Origin: Hyphomicrobiales bacterium
GTDB lineage: Bacteria > Pseudomonadota > Alphaproteobacteria > Rhizobiales > Beijerinckiaceae
Assembly (NCBI GenBank): GCA_046092445.1
Contig: JBJTDR010000101.1
Span: 1,726-65,725 of the forward strand
Reading direction: 5' to 3'
Length of the DNA stretch: 64,000 nt
Under the pieces are notes generated by a model. That model had not been told where the DNA came from, searched no databases, and saw only the letters and a list, made by a program, of their open reading frames with translations. Each line of letters begins with the position of its first letter. Within the stretch, counting starts at the first letter, position 1. The translations under genes were made by a program, and so were the position numbers. This document shows, one piece after another, positions 1 through 9,218 of the stretch.

Positions 1-175
1 CGAGAAGTTGCTCGGCCTTTGCAAAACTCATCTCTCATGTTCCCCGTCACACCGGCAAATTCCTGTTATGATACACAGCTGACAAATTTTGTCATGGAAG
101 GGATGAGGCCTGCTCTGCATTCGTCCGGCACTCATCGGGGAAACGACCCGCTCCGGTCCATACGCCTTCTCGAAG

Positions 176-1294
176 TCAATCTGCCGATGTTCCGGCTTGC
201 ACGATCCGGTAGAGACCGCCATAGGGTCGCGCATTGTCGGTCAGCGCATAGATCCATCCGTCCGGTGCCTGGGCAAGCGATCGGAAACGCGCAAATGCCT
301 CGAACAGCCGCTCTTCTTTGACAATCTTTGCCTTGTCGAGCCTTAGCCGCGCAATATGTTCGCCCGCCAAAGCGCCCACCAACAAATCGCCGGTCCATGA
401 AGGATAGCGGTTTCCGGTCACGAAGATCATGCCGGACGGAGCAATCGAAGGGTCCCAATAATGAACAGGCTGCTCAAGTCCGGAAGCCGACGTGCCTTCG
501 CCGATCTTTGCACCCGAGTAATCGCGGCCATAAGTGATCTTCGGCCAGCCATAGTTCTTTCCGGCTTTCGGAAGGTTAAGTTCGTCACCGCCGCGCGCGC
601 CATGTTCGACCGTCCAGAGCTCTTGTGTTTTCGGGTGCAGAGCGGCACCTTGAATATTGCGGTGACCAAGTGACCAGACCTCCGCTGCCCAGTCGGGCAG
701 CATCGGATTGCCCGGCGCTGCCGTTCCCTGACGTGTGATCCGCAAGACTTTACCAATATGGCTCTTGGGATTCTGCGCTTCCTCGGACATCGTGCCGCGA
801 TCACCGGTCGTCACAAAAAGATGTCCGTAGCGGTCAAACACAAGCCGTGACCCGAAATGGCGCCCACCTCCTGCAGTCATGTTTTGCCGGAAGATAACTT
901 GACCATTTTCGAGACGCGTCAGATCGACCGACACTCTGGCTTTAAAGACGGACGTGCCGATACCCTTATTGTACCGCTCGGAAAAAGAGAGGAAGATCTC
1001 GCGCGTTTTTGTAAAATCCGGCGCGATCGCAATATCGAGCAGTCCTCCCTGTCCCTCGCTATACATATCCGGCAATCCGGCAATCGGAGAACTGATTTTT
1101 CCGGCGTCAATCGATATCGTGCGCAAGGTGCCGGAACGCTCGCTCACCAAGGCAAGATTATTGGCAAGGAATGCAAGCCCCCAGGGATGATCCAGCCCTT
1201 CTGCAACGGGTTGCAACGTCGGAGTTTGTGCAAAGACAGGATGCGGGAAAAGGCTGGCGGCACATGCTGATGCCATAAACTGTCGTCTGTTCAT
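176..1294 (-). CDS. PQQ-dependent soluble sugar (glucose/sorbosone) dehydrogenase, exported
   Basis: ORF 176..1414 trimmed to the ATG at 1294, which is preceded by AGGAG. N-terminus MNRRQFMASACAASLFPHPVFAQ looks like a Tat-type signal. GHRNIQG, HGARGGDELN and GKNYGWP motifs are typical of the YliI/GSDH family. Confidence 0.8.
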   Translation of the reverse strand: MNRRQFMASACAASLFPHPVFAQTPTLQPVAEGLDHPWGLAFLANNLALVSERSGTLRTISIDAGKISSPIAGLPDMYSEGQGGLLDIAIAPDFTKTREIFLSFSERYNKGIGTSVFKARVSVDLTRLENGQVIFRQNMTAGGGRHFGSRLVFDRYGHLFVTTGDRGTMSEEAQNPKSHIGKVLRITRQGTAAPGNPMLPDWAAEVWSLGHRNIQGAALHPKTQELWTVEHGARGGDELNLPKAGKNYGWPKITYGRDYSGAKIGEGTSASGLEQPVHYWDPSIAPSGMIFVTGNRYPSWTGDLLVGALAGEHIARLRLDKAKIVKEERLFEAFARFRSLAQAPDGWIYALTDNARPYGGLYRIVQAGTSAD

Positions 1295-1457
1295 AACTAC
1301 TCCTGTTTGCCCTATCATCCTGCGATATTCCGAAGCCGCTTCGAATGTCTTATGAAAGCAAAAGAACGCCCGAATTGCGGCCAGATGTCGATACCGTATG
1401 AAGGAGGCTATCATCTTCTCTTTCGGTCTTCATGCGGCTCGCCGGGCTGAATGGCCG

Positions 1458-2200
1458 CTAGGTCGCAGATGCCCGGAGAATCACCGCCTGCTTCAGCTCG
1501 GCGATCGATGCGCTACCCGTACAAAAGGCAGCAATCCTCAATTCCGTCATCAATTTGCTGATCGCCGCGTTCAGGCTTTCAGCACCCTCGACCGCCGCGG
1601 GCAATAACTGCGCTGCAAACCCCGCGAGAGAAGCCCCCAACCTGATCGCCTGCGCGGCTTCAAGGCCCGTTCGCAAAACTCCCGAGGCGATAATCTGGAT
1701 CCCGCACTGCAATTCGTCGATCATTTTGATCGACTGTGCCGTCGATATTCCCCAATCCCTGAACGTCTCCGCCACCTCCCGCGTGAGGTCGCTCGGTGCC
1801 CGCGCGGCCTCAACCACGGCCCAGCTCGTCCCCCGCTCCCGGCCACATCAATGATCTTGACACCGACATTCCATAATTGCTTCGCAATCCGTGCCGAAAT
1901 CCCGAACCCGACATTTTTCACAATCACCGGCGTCGCAAGGCTGCGGGCGGCAATGTCGATCTGGTTCAGAACACCCGACCAGTCCTTGTCACCACCCGTC
2001 ATCGAACTCACGAGAAACGGCGCCTGAAGCGTGTAGCCTAAAAATGGACATGTCAGATCGATTTTCTCAAAATCCAATTCTGGCAAAGCCACGTGCTCGA
2101 AAACAACCGTCTCGAGCCCGGTCGTGTTTCGGGATCGGACATCGCTTTTCAGAACGGCATTGATATGGTCATTCCTGCGGTGTCCGATCTCAGACATCAT
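1458..2200 (-). pseudogene. idi: type 2 (FMN-dependent) isopentenyl-diphosphate isomerase, frameshifted and internally shortened
   Basis: ORFs 1721..2200 and 1458..1817 carry the N- and C-terminal halves (RRNDHI, SSMTGG, PVIVKNVGFG, AGSGG / WGISTA, IASGV, LGAS). The frames rejoin as GSGGTSWAVVEAAR if the C5 run at 1830-1834 were 6 nt. Only about 22 residues separate MTGG from PVIVK. Confidence 0.7.
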
Positions 2201-3083
2201 TCATGTCACCCCGGACGCGGCTGTCCCATTTCATCCGTTCTATGATCACCATATGTGGAACAGTCAGGGCCGCCAGTCCCAGAAAAACGATCTGAATAAT
2301 CCGCTGGTCAATCGATTGATCTTTCAACAGGAACCAGCTGATCAAGACGGCAAAAAACACGCCCGCCATCGGCAGAACCACCATTTTCACATGATAGGCC
2401 GCGCTGAACTGCTTTGTTATCTGAACAGACTGAAAAATATGGCGCACACTGTGCATGAAACAGAAATAGAGCGTGAACGATACCAATGGTGGCACCAAAA
2501 GCGCCAGCATTGCCACTGCCAACATCTCGATCGCAACATAGATGTCGGATTTGATTTGATAGAGTGCCGCGCCAACCAAAAGCACGAGCCACGGCACCGA
2601 GACTGATTTAATTGGATAGATGATGGTCTCGGCCACATCCGGTCCGCTCAGCAATCCGAACAGCCGAACCATCTCGTCTGAATAATAAACCGCAGAGACA
2701 AAAATAATCGCCCCGCCATAGAGCAGCCTCGAAACAAAAGGCACGTTCGGCGTGAGATCCGTCGAAAAATGAAAGACCGAGATCACGAGAAAACCAACAA
2801 GAAACACCAAAGGCAAATAGAACGCGATAACCACAATGAGCGCGGCCAGGAGGCAGTATTGAACGAGAAACAACGCCCAATCCAGATACCCTTTTATGTT
2901 GAACGATTTCTCGGCCAAAACAGCATCCAGAGCGCCGTGCGGAACCCCCAAAAACAAAATCAGGATGGACGCAACAATGATTTGGGTTTGGTCACTGATC
3001 GTCTGAACTTGCGACCAGCCCAACACAACGCAGAGCGTTAAAATGGCAAAAATCACGCCCTGAATTTTCAAGAGTCTCGTCAT
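2190..3083 (-). CDS. blh: beta-carotene 15,15'-dioxygenase, Brp/Blh family (retinal synthesis)
   Basis: Polytopic membrane protein with four His-containing segments (GVPHGALD, VFHFSTD, FMHSVRH, LTVPHMV) as in Blh. The ATG at 3083 overlaps the crtY stop (ATGA). It sits between crtY and idi, as in known proteorhodopsin clusters. Confidence 0.8.
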   Translation of the reverse strand: MTRLLKIQGVIFAILTLCVVLGWSQVQTISDQTQIIVASILILFLGVPHGALDAVLAEKSFNIKGYLDWALFLVQYCLLAALIVVIAFYLPLVFLVGFLVISVFHFSTDLTPNVPFVSRLLYGGAIIFVSAVYYSDEMVRLFGLLSGPDVAETIIYPIKSVSVPWLVLLVGAALYQIKSDIYVAIEMLAVAMLALLVPPLVSFTLYFCFMHSVRHIFQSVQITKQFSAAYHVKMVVLPMAGVFFAVLISWFLLKDQSIDQRIIQIVFLGLAALTVPHMVIIERMKWDSRVRGDMNDV

Positions 3084-4237
3084 ATTCGGGCACCTTTGAT
3101 CAGGTCTGTCACGCTTTTCCCAAGAATCCGCAAAAACGGGTAAGATGGCAATGCAAAAATAACCGCTAAACAATCGTCCAGTTTGCCGTGATCACTTAGA
3201 AACCGGATCACTTTATCGGGCCGGACATTTTTGAATATTCTACAGAACAGCTTCGCCCCGAGCTGCGGCGCACCGCGCATCACTTTCAAAAACAGATCAT
3301 CCATCATCCGGATCGGCCAAGGGTCCGGCGCATGACCGATCGGGCCTGATCCCTTCCGGATGCTGATCGCACACGCCTCGGCCCATCGTTGAATTCTCTG
3401 GAAGGCATATCCCGTACTCGGGCGAAGGCTGCCCGCCATGATACCAACCTTGAAATGGGAGTCCGCCCCGATTTGGGTACGCACCGCGCCCATTGGCAAG
3501 GCCCCATATTCGGACCGGCGCACATCAAATCGGCGCCCCTTTGTGATCCGGCTGACGAGACGATTTTGCCGCTCCGCCAGATCATCAATCGTCAATATAT
3601 CCGGGCCAAAAACAGTGGTTTCAAGCAAACCTTCGGTTTCGGAAAACGGCAAAATATAGGAAAACGCCACGCCATCATCGTGCGTCGGCAGAAAGTTCAT
3701 CAAGTCCGGGACAGCGGCCTCAAAGACCCCAGCCTCACAGATGATTTCCTGCCCGAAAAACGATTGCCATAAAATGGGCCGCGTGTCCTCCGGCGCATCC
3801 GGCCTCGTATCAATCACCACCGAACCTGAAAATGAACCGCGATCCGTCTCGATCACCCAGCCATCTTGCGATGTTTTGACGATATTCTTGATTGCATGTC
3901 CGAGATGCAGTTCAATCTTGGGTGATCGCTTGATCGCGGTAAGCGCAAATTCATAGAAATCACCGGACCGGATCATCTGATACGGAGTTGCCGCGCAGTC
4001 CACAATTGTTTCCGACTGACCGTCAGCGATCCTGAATGCCCTCCATTCGCACGCCGCCAACTGCGAAAAATGCGCATCATCGAGTTTCCAGAAGCACCAT
4101 GTGCGGTCGTTCCGGTAAACGTCGCGTTTTTCGATCATGATCAACTTATCGTAAGGCATCGGACCATCGGCCAGCCTCATGGCCAAACTCAGACCTGCAC
4201 AACCGCCCCCCAAAATGAGTAAAACGTTCGGTGTCAT
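3080..4237 (-). CDS. crtY: lycopene beta-cyclase
   Basis: N-terminal LILGGGCAGLSLA dinucleotide fold, CrtY-like length of 385 aa, position after crtB. ATGA overlap with the crtB stop at 4234-4237. Confidence 0.85.
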   Translation of the reverse strand: MTPNVLLILGGGCAGLSLAMRLADGPMPYDKLIMIEKRDVYRNDRTWCFWKLDDAHFSQLAACEWRAFRIADGQSETIVDCAATPYQMIRSGDFYEFALTAIKRSPKIELHLGHAIKNIVKTSQDGWVIETDRGSFSGSVVIDTRPDAPEDTRPILWQSFFGQEIICEAGVFEAAVPDLMNFLPTHDDGVAFSYILPFSETEGLLETTVFGPDILTIDDLAERQNRLVSRITKGRRFDVRRSEYGALPMGAVRTQIGADSHFKVGIMAGSLRPSTGYAFQRIQRWAEACAISIRKGSGPIGHAPDPWPIRMMDDLFLKVMRGAPQLGAKLFCRIFKNVRPDKVIRFLSDHGKLDDCLAVIFALPSYPFLRILGKSVTDLIKGARI

Positions 4238-5169
4238 ACAGCCTCTGAATCCGTAAAGGGAAGATCCGTCAAATGCGCGTGAAGTCGCGCATCATGAACG
4301 CTCCGATATCGCCAGAAAGCAAACCGGAACGGCAAGGAAAGCAGAATAAGGAGGGACACAATCGCCTTCGTCCGCAACGGAACCATCGTGCGCTGTGACC
4401 ACACATCGAAACGGTTTCTGGCGATTTTCAATCCAATCTCGCGATAAACCCGGCCTGCAATGAAGATCGCCGTTCGTGCGCCGAGCGGCAGAAATGGTAG
4501 ACCCGCATTGCCACTCCGATAATACCTGTCTGCAAGAAGAAGCAAGTGTTCAACCGATCGAGCAAGCTTGCCCTTGACCTCATCGGTTGGGTCCATCAGC
4601 AATGCCGGCTCAACGGCCCCGATCGAGTCCGCCGGAACATACCGGCGATCCATCGTGGCATCTTCCCTGACATCACGCGCAATATTGGTCAGTTGCATCG
4701 CAATGCCGAGATCAATCGCATGAAACAGTGCGGTCGGGCTCTTCACATCCAAAGCCGCGCTCATCATCAACCCGACCGTGCCAGCAACCCTGTAACAATA
4801 GCGCAGCAAATGCGCCTGGCTATCAATACGAACCCGGTCCAGATCGCTCAAAACACCCGCGATGAGTTCCAACGGGATCACGAGGTCGATCCGGCATTCA
4901 TGAAAGAGCGCCAGCGCATCAAGAACACGCGGATCATCTGATGTGTTGGCCTTCAAATCCCGGAAAATCCTCGCCAATTCAGCGCGCGCCCCGGCAATAG
5001 TCGGCGAATCGTCGGCGACATCGTCAATATATCGGCAAAAGCCATAGAGCCGTGTAGCACGCACCGCATATTTTCTGATCAGGAAAAACCGCGCCCAATA
5101 AAAACTCTTGCCCTTCGCCTGAAGCAATTGGTCGGATCGCTCATACTCATCTTCACGAGAACCCGTCAT
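4234..5169 (-). CDS. crtB: phytoene synthase
   Basis: Squalene/phytoene synthase signatures (YGFCRYIDDVADD, YCYRVAGTVGLM, NIARDVREDA). Confidence 0.9.
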   Translation of the reverse strand: MTGSREDEYERSDQLLQAKGKSFYWARFFLIRKYAVRATRLYGFCRYIDDVADDSPTIAGARAELARIFRDLKANTSDDPRVLDALALFHECRIDLVIPLELIAGVLSDLDRVRIDSQAHLLRYCYRVAGTVGLMMSAALDVKSPTALFHAIDLGIAMQLTNIARDVREDATMDRRYVPADSIGAVEPALLMDPTDEVKGKLARSVEHLLLLADRYYRSGNAGLPFLPLGARTAIFIAGRVYREIGLKIARNRFDVWSQRTMVPLRTKAIVSLLILLSLPFRFAFWRYRSVHDARLHAHLTDLPFTDSEAV

Positions 5170-5306
5170 GATTGTCCAAGCGCTAAAGCGTTTTCAAGTT
5201 CCGGAAACAAGTTCCTGTCAAAGTGCCGGACAAAGGGCGAAGGAGCGTTAAGAGCACATCGAAGCCGCCTCGAACACCATCTGCGATCCAACCGCCTCAT
5301 CCCCTG

Positions 5307-6776
5307 TTAATTACATCGCTCCACCAGAGCGTCCACGACTTTCGCAGATGAGAGAACGCCCGGCAGCCCCGCCCCCGGATGCGTTCCTGCACCTACCAGA
5401 TAAAGATTTTTCACACCCTCCGCTTTGTTATGGAAGCGGAACCAGGCCGACTGGCGGAACAAGGGCGCAATCGAAAAACCCGCCCCGAACATGCTGCGAT
5501 AATCATCTTTGAAGTCCGCAGGTGTCATGAAAAAGTTGGACACAATGGTCTGTTCGAGCCCCGGCAAAACGGTTCTGCCGAGCGTCGCGATAATCTGGTT
5601 TTGCAGCTTCTCGCCCTCTTGCTGCCAGTCAATGTCAGCCTTCAAATTCGGCACGGGGCACAGCACATAAAAGGAATCACAGCCTGGTGGCGCAAAACTC
5701 GCGTCCGTCGCGGTCGGGCGATGGAGATAGAGCGAAACATCCTCGTTCAATACTTTTCGATGGAAAATATCCGTCAGCAACTCCTGATAACTATCCCCCA
5801 TAATGATCGTATGGTGCGCGACCTCGTCATAGGTTCGCTTCGTGCCGAAATATAAAACAAACAAACCCATCGAATAATGGGCTTGAGCCAATTTGGCCCG
5901 TGTCATGACGGGAAGTTTCACGTCCGGCAACATCGCTGTGAAGAGATAGGGCGCATCGGCATTGGAGACAATCATATCCGCTTTGATATAATTTCCATCT
6001 TCAAGATGGACACCGACCGCCGCGCCGTTCTCGATATGCAGAGACGAGACAGTCTGCCCCGTCATCAAGCGAACCCCGTGCCGCTCCATCAAGCCAACCA
6101 GAGCGTCAACAATGGCACCCGTCCCGCCTTTGGCAAAGAACACGCCGAACGAGTATTCGAGAAAATGGATCAGACTGTAAATACTTGTCGTATCGAACGG
6201 ATTCCCGCCAACCAGAAGAGGCTGGATGGAAAAGGCCCGTCTCAACTTGTCATGCTTGAGATGGGCGGAAACAAATTGCCAGACAGTCCGATAGGCTTTG
6301 AGCCTGAGCAAAGTCGGCACCTGTTTCAGCATCAGAAGAAAACTGTCAAACGGCCGCGCGGAGAGCCTGGTAAACCCGATGTCAAACAGTCGCTTCGAAT
6401 GCGCTAAGAGCCGCTTATACCCCGCGACATCATCCGGTGCGATCCGCCGGATTTCAGACACCGTATCCTCCGGATTCCCGCCATAATCAAAATGCTCACC
6501 ATCCGAAAAAACAAAACGATACCATGGCTTTAACGCAATGAGCTTGATATGGTCGCTCATCTTCTCGCCGAACAATTCGAACAATTCTTCAATCAGAAAA
6601 GGCGCCGTTATGACGGTCGGTCCGGCGTCGTGGCGAAATCCGTCTTTCTCGAAAACCTGCGCCCGGCCGCCGGGACGGTCACACCGGTCAATGAGTGTGA
6701 CCGAACATCCCTTCGCACGCATACGCAGGGCTGATGCCAATCCGCCAAATCCTGCGCCGATGACAACAACGTGCAC
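5307..6776 (-). CDS. crtI: phytoene desaturase
   Basis: MHVVVIGAGFGGLA FAD fold at the N-terminus, GTHPGAGLPGV near the C-terminus, 489 aa, located between crtE and crtB. Confidence 0.9.
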   Translation of the reverse strand: MHVVVIGAGFGGLASALRMRAKGCSVTLIDRCDRPGGRAQVFEKDGFRHDAGPTVITAPFLIEELFELFGEKMSDHIKLIALKPWYRFVFSDGEHFDYGGNPEDTVSEIRRIAPDDVAGYKRLLAHSKRLFDIGFTRLSARPFDSFLLMLKQVPTLLRLKAYRTVWQFVSAHLKHDKLRRAFSIQPLLVGGNPFDTTSIYSLIHFLEYSFGVFFAKGGTGAIVDALVGLMERHGVRLMTGQTVSSLHIENGAAVGVHLEDGNYIKADMIVSNADAPYLFTAMLPDVKLPVMTRAKLAQAHYSMGLFVLYFGTKRTYDEVAHHTIIMGDSYQELLTDIFHRKVLNEDVSLYLHRPTATDASFAPPGCDSFYVLCPVPNLKADIDWQQEGEKLQNQIIATLGRTVLPGLEQTIVSNFFMTPADFKDDYRSMFGAGFSIAPLFRQSAWFRFHNKAEGVKNLYLVGAGTHPGAGLPGVLSSAKVVDALVERCN

Positions 6777-6791
6777 ACCATTCTCCGGTTG

Positions 6792-7712
6792 TCAGACTTG
6801 ATCTGCCAGATGCCGAGCGAGTTCCGCGAATTGGCGCCCCAGATTCCTGGGCAACATGCCGGCGCTCGTCGCGGCCTCTTGAAATTTCTGGCGCGCGAGG
6901 TACCGGGCCGCCATGACCGGATCGCCACTCCGATGCTTCTGTTCCAGCACGAGGATCGCATTGAGCGATCGCTGTTTGAGGTCGCTCGCGGCGTCTTCTT
7001 TCAAATCGTTGAGGTCATCCAGAATTTGATATCCGATCGAGAACGGTTCGACGACAGATGCCGTTTTGGGCAGCCACTCCGACATTTGGGCCGAGATCAG
7101 ACATAGTTCCAGCGGCAACCCGATCAGTGCCCCGGATTTCGCGACGACAATCTGCTCGTAAAGTCCGATATCATTGAACAATATGTCCTTCAGAGCGAGG
7201 TCTGCGCTCTGCCCCTGAATCACATGGGCGACACGCTCGTGAATTTTCCGGATCAGCTTGCCAATCAATTCCGGTCGATCGACGTTCGCGAGCGACACAT
7301 AGGCTGCTGACAGGTAAAGATCACCGGCACAAATTGCAACGCTTTCCCCGTATAAAGCCCAGACGGTTTTCTTGCCGCGGCGATACATGTCGCGATCCTG
7401 GATATCGTCATGAATGAGCGACGCGTTATGGATCAGTTCGCACGCGGCACCAAGGCAGACGATCGTCGCGGTTGACAGGCCGAGAGCGAGCCCCGCGTGA
7501 ATGCACAGCTTGACCCGCATCCGTTGTCCGCCTGTTTGCAGGTGATATGCCGCAGCCTCTGCGACCTTCGATGGTCCGGTTTCAAGGGAGGAACGCCGCG
7601 TCGATGCCCTTTCGGGGGCTACCAGCTCCGACATCTGCTGTTCGACCATCGACAACAGGGTGTCGGGCGACTCCTGTCGGCTGTCATCTGGCGAACGCGA
7701 TATGTTTCTCAT
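6792..7712 (-). CDS. crtE: geranylgeranyl diphosphate synthase (polyprenyl synthetase family)
   Basis: Both aspartate-rich motifs are present (LIHDDIQD and YQILDDLNDL). It is the first gene of the crt operon. The exact start is uncertain (alternative MVEQQM). Confidence 0.85.
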   Translation of the reverse strand: MRNISRSPDDSRQESPDTLLSMVEQQMSELVAPERASTRRSSLETGPSKVAEAAAYHLQTGGQRMRVKLCIHAGLALGLSTATIVCLGAACELIHNASLIHDDIQDRDMYRRGKKTVWALYGESVAICAGDLYLSAAYVSLANVDRPELIGKLIRKIHERVAHVIQGQSADLALKDILFNDIGLYEQIVVAKSGALIGLPLELCLISAQMSEWLPKTASVVEPFSIGYQILDDLNDLKEDAASDLKQRSLNAILVLEQKHRSGDPVMAARYLARQKFQEAATSAGMLPRNLGRQFAELARHLADQV

Positions 7713-7816
7713 GTCACTCGTCGGCTCAAGATCATTGATAACATTATCCAGTCAAGGCTTCTAACGAAAGCGACTCCACCTCGGTCTATCACGCGCCAAT
7801 TGGGTCAAAAAATCCG

Positions 7817-7866
7817 CAAAAAACGAAAAAGACGGCCTTCGACGCAAGACACTGCATTGAAGGCCG
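7817..7866 (-). terminator. intrinsic terminator downstream of the proteorhodopsin gene
   Basis: The 8-bp stem cggccttc (7833-7840) / gaaggccg (7859-7866) has further inner pairing. On the minus strand it is followed by UCUUUUUCGUUUUUU (plus-strand A tracts at 7818-7832). It lies 16 nt after the opsin stop. Confidence 0.6.
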
Positions 7867-7881
7867 CCCCGTTCAGATCAA

Positions 7882-8673
7882 TTACTTCGTGGCCTTGTCC
7901 GTTTCACTCACGGCAACCGACCAGATGATCACACCGAAGGCGATCTTGTTGAGAACGTCGGCGAGATTGTAGATGACATTCAGCGCCTTCATGCTGCTTG
8001 CCGGATCGCTGCCTGTCAGGTAACCGAAGAAATAGCCGATCGGATAGATCGCCCAGCCGAAGGTCACAATCAGACGCATCAGGCTGAAAGCGGACTGCAC
8101 CGATGCTGGTGCCTGGCTGGCATTGATCTTGCCGGCTTCGCCGAGGAAGATTTCGTAGAGAATGTACGCCCAGCCAATCATACCAACGATGAAGGCTGGC
8201 CATACGCCGACATAGCCTGCTTCGCCGACATAACCGGCAACCAGCATGACAAGCGTACCGATCATCAGACGCCAGAACACGCCCACTGGCACTTTCGTGA
8301 TTGCCGAGAGGATCAAGTAGAACTCGACCATCAACAATGGCACAGTGATCAGCCAGTCAATGTAGCGATACACGGTCGGCGTCGAGCCTGTCGCGACCCA
8401 AACATCGCGCATGTAGAAATAGTGCACGGCGGCAATCAACGTCACCAGACCCGAAACGGTCAGCGAGGTTTTCCACTTTCCTGCAACGCGCTGCGTTTCC
8501 AGAAAGAAGAAAGCCGTCGACGCGATGAGGGCCATCGAGATCAGCCAGAAGGAGATACCGACGAAATCATCTGGCTTCAGTTCAGATGAAGCGAAGGCCT
8601 CGCTCCCAAATGCCAACAACATGGCAGAACTTGCGACCCCGAGGCGGGTCAAAGGATTATTGAGTGTGATCAT
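7882..8673 (-). CDS. proteorhodopsin, proton-pump type (DTE motif), Leu at the spectral tuning site
   Basis: RYIDWLITVPLLMVEF gives D97/T101/E108 equivalents and Leu at the position-105 equivalent. AAVHYFYM contains the His75 equivalent. NLADVLNKIAFG contains the Schiff-base Lys. The start was moved to the ATG at 8673 (GGAGA 8 nt upstream), giving a signal-like N-terminus MITLNNPLTRLGVASSAMLLAFGSEAFA. Confidence 0.92.
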   Translation of the reverse strand: MITLNNPLTRLGVASSAMLLAFGSEAFASSELKPDDFVGISFWLISMALIASTAFFFLETQRVAGKWKTSLTVSGLVTLIAAVHYFYMRDVWVATGSTPTVYRYIDWLITVPLLMVEFYLILSAITKVPVGVFWRLMIGTLVMLVAGYVGEAGYVGVWPAFIVGMIGWAYILYEIFLGEAGKINASQAPASVQSAFSLMRLIVTFGWAIYPIGYFFGYLTGSDPASSMKALNVIYNLADVLNKIAFGVIIWSVAVSETDKATK

Positions 8674-8873
8674 TCTGAGCGTCTCCTGTTCCATAGTGTG
8701 TTAATTATCGTTCGAAGCAATCGTCAGTTTAGCATTAAATTAAAAGTAATCAACAACACGGATCAAAAATCCGGCGACGGCGCCGATCGCGTCCGGGCAT
8801 TATTGCTTCCCGTATCAGCGATTATCACGATGGAGGACGCATGCCCGCGTCCGAGCTTTGCGAAGCAATCGGC

Positions 8874-8908
8874 GACAGCGGTGTCAGGAGAGACAGCGGT
8901 GTCAGGAG
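8874..8908. repeat. perfect tandem direct repeat, 2 x gacagcggtgtcaggag separated by 1 nt
   Basis: Units lie at 8874-8890 and 8892-8908 and were read directly. The repeat is about 200 nt upstream of the opsin start codon. Confidence 0.9.
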
Positions 8909-9218
8909 GATGTCTCAAACCCACCCGCCTCATGAAAAAATAGTGATCTCAATAACTTGAATAAGGGCCTCCCGACAGGGCAGGTTCCGGCACGTTCGGA
9001 ATGCAAACGCCCGTTCCTGCGCAATTATCGGGTACACGTCGCCCCGTTCCGGTTCTTCGGACCCTCGTGCCGCCTCCCTTTCAGATGCGGCTTTCCGCCC
9101 TGTCGCACGACTTGCGGGGCGCGACAGGGCGGATCATGCTCGCCGCCGTCGGGCATTTTGCATCGCCGGGAAGCATTCCTGCCGAATCAGGTCGGACGAT
9201 CTTTTCCGGCCCGGAAAG

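Noticed and set aside
1-31. A possible minus-strand gene start (ATG at 31..29, MSFAKAEQLL...) running off the left edge.
   Set aside because: Only 10 codons are visible, which is too little to call.
9095-9132. The 12-bp GC-rich hairpin (ccgccctgtcgc / gcgacagggcgg, 14-nt loop) as the intrinsic terminator of the large operon.
   Set aside because: There is no U tract on either strand after the stem, and it lies about 90 nt beyond the stop codon. It may be a REP-like or stabilising structure, but I cannot support a terminator call.
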